Assembly (NCBI GenBank): GCA_964497605.1 | Contig: CAZCDQ010000003.1 | Location: 1-45,202 of the forward strand | Direction: 5' to 3' | Source: an uncultured bacterium | GTDB lineage: Bacteria > Latescibacterota > Latescibacteria > Latescibacterales > Latescibacteraceae | Length of the DNA stretch: 45,202 bases | Shown here: in pieces, positions 1 to 8,986 of the stretch | How the letters are laid out: each line of letters begins with the position of its first letter | Numbering within the stretch: the stretch's first letter is position 1 | Notes under the pieces: model-generated | What the model saw: the letters and a program-made list of their open reading frames with translations, nothing else | Told to the model about the DNA's origin: nothing | Databases searched by the model: none | Position numbers and translations under genes: made by a program

Positions 1-70
1 TTTTATATTTATTCTCTGACAATATGCTACTTTCTTTTAAGTCGGAAAGTTGAGATATATAATATACAAA

Positions 71-619
71 ATGAAAACGAAAATTCATAATGTTACCATA
101 ACCGCGCTCTTTGCGGCGGTGATTTCACTTTCCGCATTCATACGGATTCCAACCTCGCTGGTGCCGCTCACATTCCAGTCGGTCGCAGTGCTTATCACCG
201 GTTATGCCCTCGGACCCCGCCAGGGAGCCTTTGCGGTCATCCTCTACACAGCGATCGGCCTGGTCGGACTGCCGGTATTCTCCTCCGGCGGCGGTCCGGC
301 GTATGTACTTTCACCAACGTTTGGCTATATTCTCGGATTCACCCTGTGCGCCGTTGTTACCGGATACCTCGCCGCGTTCAATATGCGGAGATCGGCTGTA
401 ACCGCCTATCTTATCATGCTTGCCGGGCTTGCCGGGATTTATGTTCCGGGGATAATCTGGCTGCTTATTTCGCAAAAATGGATTTTCGCGGCAGAAATCG
501 ATACTGTAACCCTTATTAAAGCCGGGCTGCTCATTCCGCTTGCCGGGGATATAATCACCACTATTCCGGCGGCAGTTGCAGGTGTGCAGATCAGAGAACG
601 TATTTCCCGCTCAGGATAA
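71..619 (+). CDS. bioY: BioY-family biotin transporter (ECF S component). The listed ORF starts at TTG 50, but ATG 71 (MKTKIHN) is the more likely start.
   Basis: Polytopic membrane protein with the BioY-like core VPLTFQSVAVLITGYALGPRQGAFAVILYTAIGLVGLPVFSSGGGPAYVLSPTFGYILGF. Confidence 0.85.
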   Translation: MKTKIHNVTITALFAAVISLSAFIRIPTSLVPLTFQSVAVLITGYALGPRQGAFAVILYTAIGLVGLPVFSSGGGPAYVLSPTFGYILGFTLCAVVTGYLAAFNMRRSAVTAYLIMLAGLAGIYVPGIIWLLISQKWIFAAEIDTVTLIKAGLLIPLAGDIITTIPAAVAGVQIRERISRSG

Positions 620-1466
620 CCTTGTCCACGATCTGCGCCAGGCCTGAATGGTTGTTCGAGGCGACCACCGTATCCGCAGCCTCTTTCACATCCTCCGGAG
701 CATTCCCCATAGCCACACCGATATCGGCATCGGCGAGCATCTCAATGTCGTTATAATTATCGCCGGCGGCAACATATTTCCCCGGCGGAATGCCGAGAAT
801 ATCGTGCATCCGTCTGAGCGCGATATGCTTTTTCGCATCTTTGTTCACAATCTGGATAAACCAAAAATCTTTGGTTTTTCCGCCGAGGCGAGGCGTCTCA
901 AACGGCAGAACCATAACCGTTGCTTCAATATCAGCGAGAGACTCACGGAGTGAGAAAATAACTTCTTTCGATGCAACAGTGGAAACCTGAATAATGTTTT
1001 CGGAATAATCTTCGACATTCCCGACACGGGTGCTTCGCGGATCGGTTCTAAGATAACGCTCGAAATGTTCGCACGCTCCGTCAAATGTGTCGAAATAGAC
1101 ATGCTGATTATTGACACTCAGATCGTACAGCGCTGGTACCGCACCGCAATTCCGTGCAACCCTGATGACTTCGCATACCGTATCAGCCGCGAGCAGTTCG
1201 GCATGCGCAATCGACAAGTCATGCATATCCACCGTGCAGGCGCCGTTGCTCATAATGGCATACCGTATATACGGCAGCCGCTCCACAATCGTTTTCGCCG
1301 CGGGGAATGTGCGCCCGCTCGCAATAATAATCTCCCAATTCAGATTGTGCACCCGTTCAAGCGCACGATAGACATCGTCGGTAATTTCTCCATGATCGGT
1401 TATCAGGGTGCCGTCAACATCCACCGCCAACAGACCAGCCGGTTTATTCATAATCTTCCTTTTCAA
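591..1466 (-). CDS. Cof-type HAD-IIB family hydrolase (sugar phosphatase-like)
   Basis: HAD motif I is DVDGTLI near the N-terminus and motif IV is GDNYNDIEML...GVAMGNAPEDVKEAAD. The length is typical of Cof/YbiV-like enzymes. The 3' end overlaps bioY convergently by 29 bp. Confidence 0.85.
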   Translation of the reverse strand: MKRKIMNKPAGLLAVDVDGTLITDHGEITDDVYRALERVHNLNWEIIIASGRTFPAAKTIVERLPYIRYAIMSNGACTVDMHDLSIAHAELLAADTVCEVIRVARNCGAVPALYDLSVNNQHVYFDTFDGACEHFERYLRTDPRSTRVGNVEDYSENIIQVSTVASKEVIFSLRESLADIEATVMVLPFETPRLGGKTKDFWFIQIVNKDAKKHIALRRMHDILGIPPGKYVAAGDNYNDIEMLADADIGVAMGNAPEDVKEAADTVVASNNHSGLAQIVDKVILSGKYVL

Positions 1467-1637
1467 ATATTATTGGTTAAATCTGTTATGAATAGCAGCG
1501 CAGCCACAGGGGGCTGCTCTATGTTTTAGCTCATCGCTCATTATGTTGAGAAACTGAACCAACACACAGGTTCGTCTCTACATCATTTAATTTGTGTAGA
1601 CATTAACTTCATGTTATACAGCGATCAAAGTTTATGC

Positions 1638-2732
1638 CTACTGCTGATATCCCTCTTTCCAGCTCAGTTGGCTTTCACGGTTTTCGCTGCCGTGGAAATT
1701 ATCATGCATTTTAAAGTTGTAAACATGGTCGGCGGGATTTTCGCCGATGATCTTTATCTTCGACAGATCGCCCTGACCGAGACCGCCGTTCGCGCAGTAG
1801 GTCAGGTAGCCCACATCACCGAAATCGACACCAATGCACTGGCAGGCAATCCTGTCGGCGGCCACAAAATCGGCGCTGGCGAGGGCGATTTTCTGGTAGA
1901 CAGGAGTACCGCCGTTGGGACCGTTTCCCTCCATGTTTTCGAGACCATCCAGCACTGCAAGGTCGGGATTGACTTTCATGGCAAGCAGAAACATGTTGAA
2001 ATTGAAATTTCGCAGCCCCGGATCGTGCATACGGCTTTTATCGTGACGGATACTATCCACAAGCGGACATCCCATAAGCATGTTTTTTGCTGAAAGCGTA
2101 ACGACCAGACAGTTATGGGTTTTCATACGGCTCAGGGAGATGATATAGTTATTCGGATCGAGATAGGTATCGATCACTCTGATATCATGCGGGTGGCCGT
2201 TCGCACCCAGCAGCCATTGCGTTTCGTATCCCTGCGCGTTCAGGTCGACAAGCTTGACATTGTATTCATTCTGAAGCGGGAAATACCGGTACAAGTGATA
2301 ATGTTTGACCGTGCCCGGGAGATCGCGGTACCGTCGCCCGGTGGATTCGGCGATTTGAACCTGCCTCTTATACAGCGGTTTCAGAAAATCGAGCACCCCC
2401 CGAACCGCGTCGGGATGAGTAATCCCCAGAAACGTCTCGCTGCCCACCAGATTCGGTTTGATTACGACCTGCTTGCCGCGGATACCCTCCCGTATTTCGC
2501 GCTCCAGCGGTTTTAAGACCTCATACATCATGCTGCGCCGGTCGTTTCCGGTCACACACGACACCGTGCTTTCTCCGGCTTCCGTTGCAGCGGATACATC
2601 CTTTCCGAACGACGGCAGCGTGCTGAACGCTGCTCCCGCTGTGCCAAGTGCGAGCTTACGTGCAAATAGTCTCCTGCTGACCGGGATTTTCATGATATCG
2701 GAGACATTGTCGATAAAAATTCTTTCTTCCAT
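1638..2732 (-). CDS. DUF362 domain protein with a twin-arginine (Tat) signal peptide
   Basis: The N-terminus SRRLFARKLALGTAGAAF fits the S-R-R-x-F-x-K Tat motif. The core QVVIKPNLVGSE...THPDAVRGVLDFL is typical of DUF362. Confidence 0.7.
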   Translation of the reverse strand: MEERIFIDNVSDIMKIPVSRRLFARKLALGTAGAAFSTLPSFGKDVSAATEAGESTVSCVTGNDRRSMMYEVLKPLEREIREGIRGKQVVIKPNLVGSETFLGITHPDAVRGVLDFLKPLYKRQVQIAESTGRRYRDLPGTVKHYHLYRYFPLQNEYNVKLVDLNAQGYETQWLLGANGHPHDIRVIDTYLDPNNYIISLSRMKTHNCLVVTLSAKNMLMGCPLVDSIRHDKSRMHDPGLRNFNFNMFLLAMKVNPDLAVLDGLENMEGNGPNGGTPVYQKIALASADFVAADRIACQCIGVDFGDVGYLTYCANGGLGQGDLSKIKIIGENPADHVYNFKMHDNFHGSENRESQLSWKEGYQQ

Positions 2733-2796
2733 TTATTCTCTCCGTTTCTATCCGTATGTCACGGATACTTCTTTTACATACTCACATACTACAATA

Positions 2797-5721
2797 TCAG
2801 TTCCCATAATACGATTCCGGCGGCCCGAGATAGCCCTGATCGATATCCTCTGTTTCGACCACGATCTTCTGGAAAACGACGCCGGGATCGATCATCCAGA
2901 TTTTCAGCACATGTCCGCCGGGGTTATCGACCGCATGCTCCGATTCGGTCACAATGATATTGTTCCGCACCCATTCCTCCCAGACCCTATTTTGTGCGCT
3001 GTCGTTGATCGTGACAATCTGCGGCCGGGCATTGTCGATGGACACTGCGTACCGCAGGCCCTGATTGTTGTAATAATTCAGTGTCGGCGAGGTATAAACA
3101 TTTACCGTAACCGTTCCGCTGGAAAACAGGTGCATGTCGTATTCAAGCCGCGGATTCGTTCCTTTCGGCAGTTTGCTGTCTGCGGTGACTGGATATGAGG
3201 TTATAGCGGACAGCGTTTTGCCGAGATTCGGGATAACTCTCCAGCGGACCGGCGCATCCTCAATCGCCCGCGAATAATGCACCGCCTCCATCGACACATA
3301 GCCGTTTGTCTCGACAAATCCGGTCACGTTCCCGGAGGAATTATTGACAACCGCCTGCACGATCACACGCGTTGCGCCCGGACCGAGGACAGTGATTGGC
3401 ACACGGTGTTTCCCGCACGGTGTATGATCCCAGTCGACTGTAACCTCGATGCGCTTCTCATCCCCGATTCGTCCGTTTTCGGCGTTCACCTCGACCCACG
3501 ATTCTACGGTATTTATTGTATAATCGAAAGGCTCCCGGCCGCGGTTGAATAACTCAATGTAATACGACTGTTTGCCGAACCGGTCGAATTCAGGCAGTCT
3601 TGCCTCGCTTTCTGCCGCAGGCCACCATGCAACGGAACCCTCGACGGCAACACCCATATCCGCGGTCGGGGGAACATGCATTTCCTCGACGCTTGGAAGG
3701 GAATTCTCACGCGGCTGCTGCCAGTACCGGTATCCGATATGGGTTTGATCCATTATATGGTTCCATTTTCCGCCGGCCAAGGTATGATTATAATAATCGG
3801 TGATCTCAGCGTCCCTTTCAAACAGCGACCGCGCTCGTTCGGCAAGTTTGTTGGTCATCGCACGGCCCTGCGCTGCATAGAGACGGTTCTTCCCAACCGT
3901 GACCAACATATCGTTCATGTTGGCGCAGGCCTCAACCGGATGCATGACAAGCTGATAGTACACATCGCGGTATGCCTTGGGCATGGCATTGTATATGCGC
4001 CGGGCTTTCATTTCGAGTTCACGGTATTCTCCGACAATTCGTTCGGCCTCGCGGTAATGGATAAGACTGTAGGTGTCTGGATCGAGCAGTTCAGGTTTCC
4101 TGCGGCTGTTGTACTTCGTGTATTTCTCCATGATATCGGCGATATCAGCGGCATATTCCTCTCCAAACTTTTGCGCCGCCCAGAGACGTGTATATTCCGG
4201 CAACCGCTCCGCAGTCCAGAGATCGGGATTCCATGCAAAATCGAGAAAAAACTCAATGGGGTATTCCATCGGTTTGATGTCGCCCACATTCACTAACCAG
4301 ATACGGTCAACACCGTGACGGTAGGCGAGGTTCATCTGTTCCCATGTCCGCTCGATTTGGTTCGTGTTGAGCCATTTGTAGTTCCGCGGGCCTCCTACAT
4401 AGTCGAAATGGTAATATATACCGTATCCACCGCTCCGCGAAGGATCTTCCGGTTTCGGAAGTTTGCGGATATTCCCCCAGTTGTCGTCGCAGAGAAGCAA
4501 CGTAACATCGTCCGGCACACGCATCCCGAGATCGTAATACTCCTGAACCTCTTTATAAAGGGCCCATAGCTGAGGAACCTCGGTAACTTCTTTGCCGGTG
4601 ACCTCCGCGATGATTTCACGCTGATCGGCGATGATCCGTTCGAGAAGTGCGATATTCGTATCCCGTGACATCCCCCTGTCGCCGTCACCGCGCATCCCCA
4701 CGGTGACATAGACTTCGTGATCCTTGATCCGCTCGGCGGTGCCTCTCCAGAATTCTCTGAGTTCTTCCTCATTCGTCTCGTAATTCCATTCACCGTGACC
4801 GCCCTCCTGCCATTCCGCATGGGCGCGCATCATTGGCTCGTGATGGGTCGTGCTCACCACAATTCCCATCTCGTCGGCAAGCTCCGGATTGCGCGGATCG
4901 TCCACATAGAACATCCGCGGCACCCACATCGCCGGCCAGAAATAATTCGCTTTCATCCTGAGAAGCAATTCGAAAAATTTCTCATAGAATGCCGATGTAA
5001 ATCCGCCGAAATTTTCATCCGCCCAACCGCCCAACGCCGGCATCTCGTCATTGAGGAACAGCCCCCGGTATTTGACTTTCGGTTCGCCGTCCGTATGAAG
5101 TCCGGGCACCACATGCAGTTCGGTCCTGCGCACGGTCGGAACATCGGCCCACCAGTACCACGGCGACACTCCTATTTGCGCTGAAATATCGAACATCCCA
5201 TACATGGTGCCCCGCTTGTTGCTCCCGACGATAACAAGCGCCTGATCGACGCCGGGGAACGGTTTTTCCACTACCTGAATCAGGAAAGTATCCCATTTTC
5301 CTGCGATTCCCACCGCGCTGATTTTTTTTGCGGCGATCAGACGTTCAATCAGTGGGCTTTTTCCTATGGTGCCGATGAGCACTGCGCGTTCCGTCTCGGG
5401 AACCGCACCGGTCACGATCTGCGGCTCGCTACCGGTAACACGGGCGATGTCCTCACCAAGAATGTTCATCACACGGATGACCCCGGAGTAGTCATCCGGA
5501 CTTGCAACCAGCGGCGCCGACTGCCCCATCGAGGAAAGCGCGAACCGTCCCGGTCCCGCCGTATTCGATATGTACGTATCTCTTTCGACCGCGCAAGCAT
5601 TGTGTGGATACACAAAAACCGTCGCAACCAATGTCAGCAATGCAATTGTGAAAAGCGTTTTACAGTTTATGTGTATTTTACGCTGCTTTATTTGGCGGTT
5701 GACATTGGGACGAATTTCCAT
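2797..5721 (-). CDS. Glycoside hydrolase family 115 (alpha-glucuronidase acting on (4-O-methyl)glucuronyl side chains), secreted
   Basis: 974 aa with an N-terminal signal peptide. GH115-like blocks are present: IGTIGKSPLIERLI, GKWDTFLIQVV, ALVIVGSNKRGTMYGMFDISAQIGVSPWYWWADVP, KYRGLFLNDEMPALGGW. Confidence 0.8.
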   Translation of the reverse strand: MEIRPNVNRQIKQRKIHINCKTLFTIALLTLVATVFVYPHNACAVERDTYISNTAGPGRFALSSMGQSAPLVASPDDYSGVIRVMNILGEDIARVTGSEPQIVTGAVPETERAVLIGTIGKSPLIERLIAAKKISAVGIAGKWDTFLIQVVEKPFPGVDQALVIVGSNKRGTMYGMFDISAQIGVSPWYWWADVPTVRRTELHVVPGLHTDGEPKVKYRGLFLNDEMPALGGWADENFGGFTSAFYEKFFELLLRMKANYFWPAMWVPRMFYVDDPRNPELADEMGIVVSTTHHEPMMRAHAEWQEGGHGEWNYETNEEELREFWRGTAERIKDHEVYVTVGMRGDGDRGMSRDTNIALLERIIADQREIIAEVTGKEVTEVPQLWALYKEVQEYYDLGMRVPDDVTLLLCDDNWGNIRKLPKPEDPSRSGGYGIYYHFDYVGGPRNYKWLNTNQIERTWEQMNLAYRHGVDRIWLVNVGDIKPMEYPIEFFLDFAWNPDLWTAERLPEYTRLWAAQKFGEEYAADIADIMEKYTKYNSRRKPELLDPDTYSLIHYREAERIVGEYRELEMKARRIYNAMPKAYRDVYYQLVMHPVEACANMNDMLVTVGKNRLYAAQGRAMTNKLAERARSLFERDAEITDYYNHTLAGGKWNHIMDQTHIGYRYWQQPRENSLPSVEEMHVPPTADMGVAVEGSVAWWPAAESEARLPEFDRFGKQSYYIELFNRGREPFDYTINTVESWVEVNAENGRIGDEKRIEVTVDWDHTPCGKHRVPITVLGPGATRVIVQAVVNNSSGNVTGFVETNGYVSMEAVHYSRAIEDAPVRWRVIPNLGKTLSAITSYPVTADSKLPKGTNPRLEYDMHLFSSGTVTVNVYTSPTLNYYNNQGLRYAVSIDNARPQIVTINDSAQNRVWEEWVRNNIIVTESEHAVDNPGGHVLKIWMIDPGVVFQKIVVETEDIDQGYLGPPESYYGN

Positions 5722-5951
5722 AATTTAAATCTCATTCGATACGATTTTCAAAATATTTGATAATATTTCTTGCGAATTATATGTTAGAAGCCTATAATAA
5801 AAGACCGCGGTTTATTGTGTAAATCTGCGCCGATTTTTAAAATTTTATTTGCATATATCCAGGCAATTTTTTTATTTACGTAAGATAACCATATTGAATG
5901 TATATGCAATACCTAAGTTGAAATTTCAGCCCATGCTCAGGAGGTAAAAAA

Positions 5952-7874
5952 ATGTCCAGATTTGTTCCGCGAGGCAGCGTATTAACGCTCTGCACCACAA
6001 CTCTTAGCACGCTATTTATTTTCGTTTTCGTTTCCGCAGGCTGCGGAGGCGGACCAGAATGGAAATCTTTGAATGATAAAGTCATTGCCGAACAGGGGGT
6101 CGAAATCCGAACACGCGACGATATTCCTGAAACCGGTGTAGAACCGAATCTCGAACCTGGTAAAGTCTATAAAAAAAGCGAACTGCCCGCAGTCGAGATC
6201 GCATCGGGTGTGACCGGCAAAATGTATTGGGGCAAAGGTGTCATGGTCAATTGGATGACGTTCGAGCCGAACGCTAACATTCCGCGTGAAACGCTTACCT
6301 CCGAGCGGATTATGGTCGTCTGGAGCGGTTCGGTCGAACAGCGTGTGAACGGTGGTTTTGTCACCATGGAGTCCTATGTCAAGAAAACAAACTGGACTGC
6401 CACACCGCATAAGGATTTTCTGTTTCTTCAGAAAGGTGCTGATAACGAGGTCATCGCCGGCGATGAAGGCGCTGAGATTCTCGAGATTTATTGGCCGGTC
6501 AGAGACGACTATATCCAAAAAGCCGGCGGTGTCGTGCCGACGACGCATGTCGAGGAAAACTATCCCTCGATATATAATTTTACACCGAATGTTGTCTACA
6601 ATTTCTATGATGTGCAGTTTACCAATTTCAGTGAGGAACGGACTGCGAATTCACGGATGATATGGGGTGAAGGTGCGCAATGCAGCTTCCTGAACGTCGA
6701 TCCCGGCAGAGTATCCCCATATCACGAGCATCCCGAAGAACAGCTTATGATCGTGCTCGGTGGATTTATCGACGAAACGATCATGGACACTACGACTCGC
6801 ATGGAGCCCGGCGATATCGCATATCTCCCCGGCGGCATGGTTCATCGCGGTGTGTACGGCGCCCAAGGGTGCGACATTCTCGATGTGTTCTGGCCGCCGC
6901 GGCCCGACTTTATCGAGAAAACCGAAGACCGAATGACGCAATATCACCGTATCATCCCCGAAGATGCTGAAGTCGAGCTTGTTCATAACGGAGAAGTCAG
7001 CGAACCCTATCTGAACTTTACTGAGGGCCCGGCGTGGATGGATGGCAGGCTGTATTTCTCGAATATGTGGTTTGCTGCCGACTGGAGTTCAGGCAGTCCC
7101 GAGAAAAGCAATATGATCCGTATTGAACGCGACGGATCGCTTAGGATTATTAACCGGAACATGCAGACGAACGGCATCATGACGTTCGGAAACGGAAATC
7201 TTGTGGTCTGCGACATGTTCGATCACCGCGTCCTTGAAATGGACCCGAATGCGAGAATAGTGCGAACCCTTGCGAGCGAATGGAACGGCGTTGCCCTGGA
7301 CGGTCCTAACGACATTGCCATCGATGCTAAGGGCGGCATTTATATCACCGACCCGCAGTTCACTCCGGGGCTTGAAAAAACACAGCCCGGCAAAGCAGTC
7401 TATTACCGCAAGCCGGATGGTGAGGTCATCCTTGTGGTTCCACACGGCGATATGGGACAACCAAATGGCATTCTGCTCAGCCCTGACGGCAAAACATGCT
7501 ATATCTCCAACACACGAAACCTGCCGTACGGCAACTATGTCGTTGCATTCGATGTGAACGAGGACGGCACCCTGTCGAACGGCCGCGGATTTGCGAAACT
7601 GCATATGATGCCGGAGGACAGATGGGCAGAAACGGTTACCTCCGGCGCTGACGGTATGACCATCGATACCGAGGGTAACATATATGTCGCCACAAACATG
7701 GGTCTTCAGATATTCGCACCGAACGGCGATTATATCGGCACTGTTCATACGCCCATTAGGCCGGTGAGCGCAGTATTCGGCGGCGAGAATCTCGATACTA
7801 TTTATATGACATGCGCCACACATATTTACAAAATCAGAACGAATATGACAGGCCTGACATACCCGTTGAAATAA
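5952..7874 (+). CDS. Lipoprotein fusing two cupin barrels to a C-terminal SMP-30/gluconolactonase/LRE-like beta-propeller
   Basis: The lipobox-like signal is FVFVSAGCGGG and the RBS is AGGAGG. Cupin motifs are present (YHEHPEEQLMIVLGG...GDIAYLPGGMVHRG plus an upstream degenerate cupin). The SGL-type C-terminus includes EGPAWMDGRLYFSN, GPNDIAIDAKGGIYITDP, PNGILLSPDGKTCYISN and ADGMTIDTEGNIYVAT. Confidence 0.75.
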   Translation: MSRFVPRGSVLTLCTTTLSTLFIFVFVSAGCGGGPEWKSLNDKVIAEQGVEIRTRDDIPETGVEPNLEPGKVYKKSELPAVEIASGVTGKMYWGKGVMVNWMTFEPNANIPRETLTSERIMVVWSGSVEQRVNGGFVTMESYVKKTNWTATPHKDFLFLQKGADNEVIAGDEGAEILEIYWPVRDDYIQKAGGVVPTTHVEENYPSIYNFTPNVVYNFYDVQFTNFSEERTANSRMIWGEGAQCSFLNVDPGRVSPYHEHPEEQLMIVLGGFIDETIMDTTTRMEPGDIAYLPGGMVHRGVYGAQGCDILDVFWPPRPDFIEKTEDRMTQYHRIIPEDAEVELVHNGEVSEPYLNFTEGPAWMDGRLYFSNMWFAADWSSGSPEKSNMIRIERDGSLRIINRNMQTNGIMTFGNGNLVVCDMFDHRVLEMDPNARIVRTLASEWNGVALDGPNDIAIDAKGGIYITDPQFTPGLEKTQPGKAVYYRKPDGEVILVVPHGDMGQPNGILLSPDGKTCYISNTRNLPYGNYVVAFDVNEDGTLSNGRGFAKLHMMPEDRWAETVTSGADGMTIDTEGNIYVATNMGLQIFAPNGDYIGTVHTPIRPVSAVFGGENLDTIYMTCATHIYKIRTNMTGLTYPLK

Positions 7875-7887
7875 CGGACTCCTATGA

Positions 7888-7916
7888 GGGGGGCTCCGAC
7901 GTGGGTTCCCCTTTTT
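7888..7916 (+). terminator. Possible intrinsic terminator or attenuator after the bicupin-lactonase gene
   Basis: A G-rich stem (GGGGGGCTC / GGGTTCCCC, including G-U wobbles) with a 6-nt loop is followed by TTTTTA. Confidence 0.4.
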
Positions 7917-7984
7917 ATACCCGCTTCAGCTGGTCCGACTGATACGATAAAAACACTCACCCTTTCTGAAAGAAGAATCCAACC

Positions 7985-8872
7985 ATGAAATTCGATTTAA
8001 AGGGAGTCATTACTCCGGTCGTTACAGTTTTCAACGAGGACGAAAGCATTGACGAGAGTGGATACCGTCAAATCGTCAATCACCTTCTCGATCACGGCGC
8101 CTATGGTATTTTCACTTGCGGAGGACAGGGCGAAGGCCACGCGCTTTCACCTGACGAAAAGCTTCGGCTGCTCGAACTGACCCTTGAAGAAGTAGACGGC
8201 AAAGTTCCGGTGCTTATCGGTACCGGCGCCCCGACGACCCGCGCGGTTATCAACATGACAAAAGCGGCAAAAGAGGGCGGTGCGGATATTGCGACAATCA
8301 TCACACCGTTTTATATCAGCCCGAACCAGGACGAATTGTACCGCCACTACTGCGACATTATCGACGCGGTCGATATTCCTGTCATTATCTATAATAATCC
8401 GTGGCGGACCCATCTTAATATTCTGCCGGAAACTGTCGCAAAGATTTGCGAATACTCGCCGAATCTTGTCGGCATCAAAGATTCCAGCGGCGATCTGTCG
8501 ATGACACTGAAGTACAAAAAAGTATGTCCGGATTATTTCAGTGTGTTCATCGGCCGCGATCAGCTCATTCTCTCGGCGCTTCTTTCCGGTATCGACGGTG
8601 CTGTAGCGGCAACCTCAAACGCGGCAATCGACATTGTCGTGGGAATTTACAACGACTTTATCGCAGGAGACATCGAGGCCGCATGGGACAAACAGAACAG
8701 ACTGGTCCCGCTGCGCGAGTATTTCTCGGCGGGTACGTTTCCGGTCACGGTAAAAGAGGCGATGATGATGCAGGGGCTTCCCGCGGGACCGTGCCGTAAG
8801 CCGGTCGGCCGTGTCTCCGATGAGAAACGCGAGGTTTTGAAAAGTATCCTGACAGATATGGGGTTGTTGTAG
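7985..8872 (+). CDS. DapA/NAL-family class I aldolase (dihydrodipicolinate synthase family). A 2-keto-3-deoxy sugar-acid aldolase or dehydratase is likely in this context.
   Basis: The family signature is TCGGQGEGHALSPDEK (GxxGE motif). The Schiff-base lysine context is VGIKDSSGD. Length is 295 aa. Confidence 0.8.
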   Translation: MKFDLKGVITPVVTVFNEDESIDESGYRQIVNHLLDHGAYGIFTCGGQGEGHALSPDEKLRLLELTLEEVDGKVPVLIGTGAPTTRAVINMTKAAKEGGADIATIITPFYISPNQDELYRHYCDIIDAVDIPVIIYNNPWRTHLNILPETVAKICEYSPNLVGIKDSSGDLSMTLKYKKVCPDYFSVFIGRDQLILSALLSGIDGAVAATSNAAIDIVVGIYNDFIAGDIEAAWDKQNRLVPLREYFSAGTFPVTVKEAMMMQGLPAGPCRKPVGRVSDEKREVLKSILTDMGLL

Positions 8873-8986
8873 AATCGGATATGTTTGATCGAATCAAAGA
8901 AAGATTAATGATTGACTATTGTTATTAATATGACAAAAAGATAACGCAATTGGAGGAATCATTTTAACGCGATTGGAGGAATCATT

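Noticed and set aside
591-619. 29-bp convergent overlap of the bioY and HAD gene 3' ends
   Set aside because: Small convergent overlaps are common. No additional signal was seen here.
3397-3411. Sigma-54-like TGGCAC-N5-GTTT on the plus strand
   Set aside because: The -12 element does not match TTGC. The site is antisense inside the GH115 coding region, with no downstream plus-strand gene.
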